A stretch of DNA of 64,000 nucleotides. It comes from Octopus vulgaris (Eukaryota). The number at the start of each line of letters is the position of its first letter. The stretch's first letter is position 1. Made by a program: the position numbers and the translations under genes. The stretch covers positions 23,374,001 to 23,438,000 of the forward strand of contig OX597833.1 of the NCBI GenBank assembly GCA_951406725.2, given 5' to 3'. The notes beneath the pieces were generated by a model, which saw only the letters and a program-made list of their open reading frames with translations, did no database searches and was not told the DNA's origin. Below, in pieces: positions 60,956-64,000 of this stretch.

Positions 60956-63842
60956 TACTAGGCTTAAAATAAAAATAAGTACGGGGGGGGGTGAATTCAT
61001 TCAACTAAAATTCTTCAAGGCAGTGCCCCAGTATGGGTGCAGTCTGATGACTGAAACAAGTAAAAGATAAAAGATACATACAATAGGTTTTGGAATATAG
61101 TTGAAAATGGCAGCGCAAAGTACCATGCAGAAGGGCTGAAACCAAAACCAGGTGGTTGTAAAGCAAAGTTCTTATCCATAAAGCCATGTCTGAGTCTATG
61201 GATATGATCTGTTCTTTTTCTTTTCTTTCTTTTTTTTTTTTTTATTTTGACTTCAATATAAGAGATGTAGCAAAATTAATAGAAATTCACAAATTATTAG
61301 TTCTATATATAAACTACTCAGTTACAAACTGAGGCATCCTTCCTACTTTTATGCACACAAGGTTTCTCAACACTGATAATAACTAGAAACTTACAGGGAA
61401 TAAATTTTAAGTTCAATATCTTTGTTCTCAAGGGACAGTTGTTCAGGAATCTCTCCATTCTGTAATTGGCGGTAAGTATCATCCAGTTTTTTGCAGGTTT
61501 CAACTAGTTTAACTTTCTCAGCAGTTAACTGAGTGCATTTCCGGTAAAGAGACCCAGCCAGCATCAATAAATTAAAAGCAATCAATAATTCATAATTAAA
61601 CCATATCACATTAAATAGTTTTGTTAAATCCAAATAGAATAATAGCAAGGTTTCTTTTGACAAAACTGAAACTTAGCAAATCTAGCATACTGGATTTGGG
61701 ACTCTTTCTTCCATATTTGACCTTTTTGACGTGTTGGGATTCACTACAGCTACAGTCACCATCACCAGCAACATAAAAAAAATATCTCTTAAGAGTTTCG
61801 TTAACCTTAAAAATTAGTAAATAAGATATGTGGAGCATTCAGAGATGTACAGTTTTTTATATTTTGTATAAAAGAGTGAACAAAATGCCTGGGATTATTT
61901 TTCTTGTAGAAGCAACAATGGTGCTGTTAAGTAGCCACAATCAGTTCTATATATAAATCTATATTACTGTTCAATCCTTTGAAGCAGCCCACAGTTCTTG
62001 ACTTCCAGATACATAAATATCAGGTGTCCAAGATCAGTAGAGTTAGTTACATTCATTGCATGATTCTTATTTAAGCTACATGTGTATCATCTTAATATTT
62101 CATATTTATGTGTATACAGACACAGCTGAGTGGTTAAGAAACTTGTTTCACAATCATGAGGTCCTAGACTCAATCCCACTGCTTGGTATCTTGGGCAAGT
62201 ATCTTTACCATGACCTCAGATAATGAAATTGGGAAGCCAGAAACTGCATGTAAGCTCATGAGATAGATTGCATCTGCAGCTTAAAAGTCCAGCCTTGTCA
62301 TATCACACTGACTTAGTTTGGGAATTGTCATATGTCTGTGGTATACTCATTCACTTATGTGTTGATTTAACAAATTCAACATTCAATTAAGCAAACAACT
62401 GAATGCTCATCCTCAAAACCAATGGAGGAAATAATCTATCATCTTTATGATAGACTTGTTCTTACAGTCATTACTTTAAAGATAGTATAGGAGTCTATGT
62501 AGAGATTTTTACTGCAACAACATACAGGTTGATTAACTACATAAACACTTACTCTCACTGGCTGCGGGTCTGAGAAAGCGAGGGTTAGGTATTTTTAAAG
62601 TATTTGACCCTTTACAGATCCTCTGACACTAGTGAGGAGAAAGTTATCCTTAAACCAGAGACCTGGTCAGAAAGCTCGCAACAGAGTGAACTCTTCTAAA
62701 AGCATCAAAGGTGCCAAGTGGTGGAGTTAAACTGGCCAATGGCAGCATTTGAACTCAAATGCAAAGTACTGGAACAAATACTGCAAGACATCCAGTCCAA
62801 CATTCTTATTGTCCCATCAATCCAGCATCCTGGATTGATAACTTTGTTTTCTTCTTTTTTTTATCTCCTCTGAAAAGATGAAAGGTAGACCTTGATGTGA
62901 TTTGAACACAGCATATAGTCAAAACAAATACCACAAGGCATCCTACTTGATCTAATAACTTCAATTCATTGCCCTAATTAACAGCTTTGTATTTTTACTC
63001 TAATTCAGGTAAGGTCTTAGAGCATTTTGCAGAATTGTATGAGAATTGTATGCATTTGGGGCAAGTCTGTCATCAGTAATCAATTGGCTGTACAGAAATT
63101 ATAATTGCTGATTCAATTTCTGACAATAAATAATCAAATCAAACATCTTTTGTATATATGACTATCATTTCCTCAAACAAACACAAACCCTATTCTTTTA
63201 CAACACAAACTCCAACAAGTCCACTTGTTGGTTCTGCTACGATCACTATCAAAAAAACCTTGAAATATATTAAAACAGGCTGGACAATAAACCAGATATA
63301 ACATACTCAGACTGATAGCACCAACAAGAAATGGGATGTGTGTGGCACGGTCCCAGCCTAGATAAAAGCATGACACATGTAATGTACTGGAACAAAGTTT
63401 ATGTGATTATATTTGTTCTCTTCACTTACTATTTATAAGACAACACACTCAACTTGACATTATATTTAGTATAATCCTTATTATCAATAAACTTTTTTGT
63501 AACACAATCTCTGAAAAATTTATCTTCACCATCCAAAATAGATACTTACAAAGAAAGTATGCCTTCCTCTTTTTTTTATGGATTCAGCTTCTACAAAAGT
63601 AAAAAAGCCATAAAATAAATTATTAATCAACTATATATCACAGAAATATCAGCAAATATGTGTGCACTATAAGTGTATTTTCTGCTATGTTTTCTTAATA
63701 CACTATTTTGAGAGCACAGACTTATTAGACATAATGTTCACGTGGAATGTAAACACATCAACATCATATATTGCTCAATTCCATGTAAGAAATAGAAACG
63801 ACAACTTTCACTCACACACGTGCATGCGTGTGTGTATATATA

Positions 63843-63884
<42 letters not shown>

Positions 63885-63888
<4 letters not shown>

Positions 63889-64000
63889 TGGGAGGAGGAG
63901 AGCCTGCCAAATGTTGACCCAGTAGAGGGACCAGCTATCCGAATAGACAGCTCCCTAGTAGATAAAACAATTAAGGATATGAAACCAGGTAAAGCCCCCG
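63885..64000 (+). mobile_element. RTE ORF fragment running off the window
   Basis: EGPAIRIDSSLVDKTIKDMKPGKAP, the KAPG-type motif that precedes the RT domain. Confidence 0.65.

Larger units (their letters stand above)
50490..63358 (-). pseudogene. Probable decayed multi-exon gene with WD40-like repeats; family unresolved
   Basis: Blocks bounded by splice-like sites occur at ~63189-63357, ~61395-62000, ~58211-58261, ~57406-57548, ~53490-53990, ~52608-52717, ~51700-52120, ~50834-50874 and ~50490-50706. Translations include SANDG..TV/KIWDLEANVCKCTF (needs a 1-nt frameshift) and HDRAILSL. Several blocks have stops in all frames. Confidence 0.45.

Overview
AT-rich, repeat-dense eukaryotic genomic DNA. 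The SINE, RTE and Helitron content suggests an octopus or other coleoid cephalopod; this is inferred from repeat style and was not checked. The main feature is an apparently complete minus-strand WDR24 gene (GATOR2 subunit). I reconstructed it by hand as 18 coding exons from 41416 down to 3747 (2334 nt, 777 aa, all phases compatible, one GC-AG intron). Positions ~50.5-63.4 kb carry minus-strand exon-like blocks with WD40-like motifs plus stops and frameshifts, a probable decayed gene. The rest is transposon-derived: three tRNA-derived SINE families, RTE and CR1-type LINEs, many Helitron derivatives, mariner/Tc1 copies and piggyBac- and Tigger-like MITEs. There is also a Merlin element with an 8-bp TSD, Gypsy remnants, a solo LTR and a five-copy ~332-bp tandem array inside an RTE 3' end. 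I found nothing that proves a new biological system. The best leads are the decayed WD40 gene, a duplicated 155-nt intronic sequence, ribozyme-like remnants and the positional bias of MITEs next to splice acceptors.
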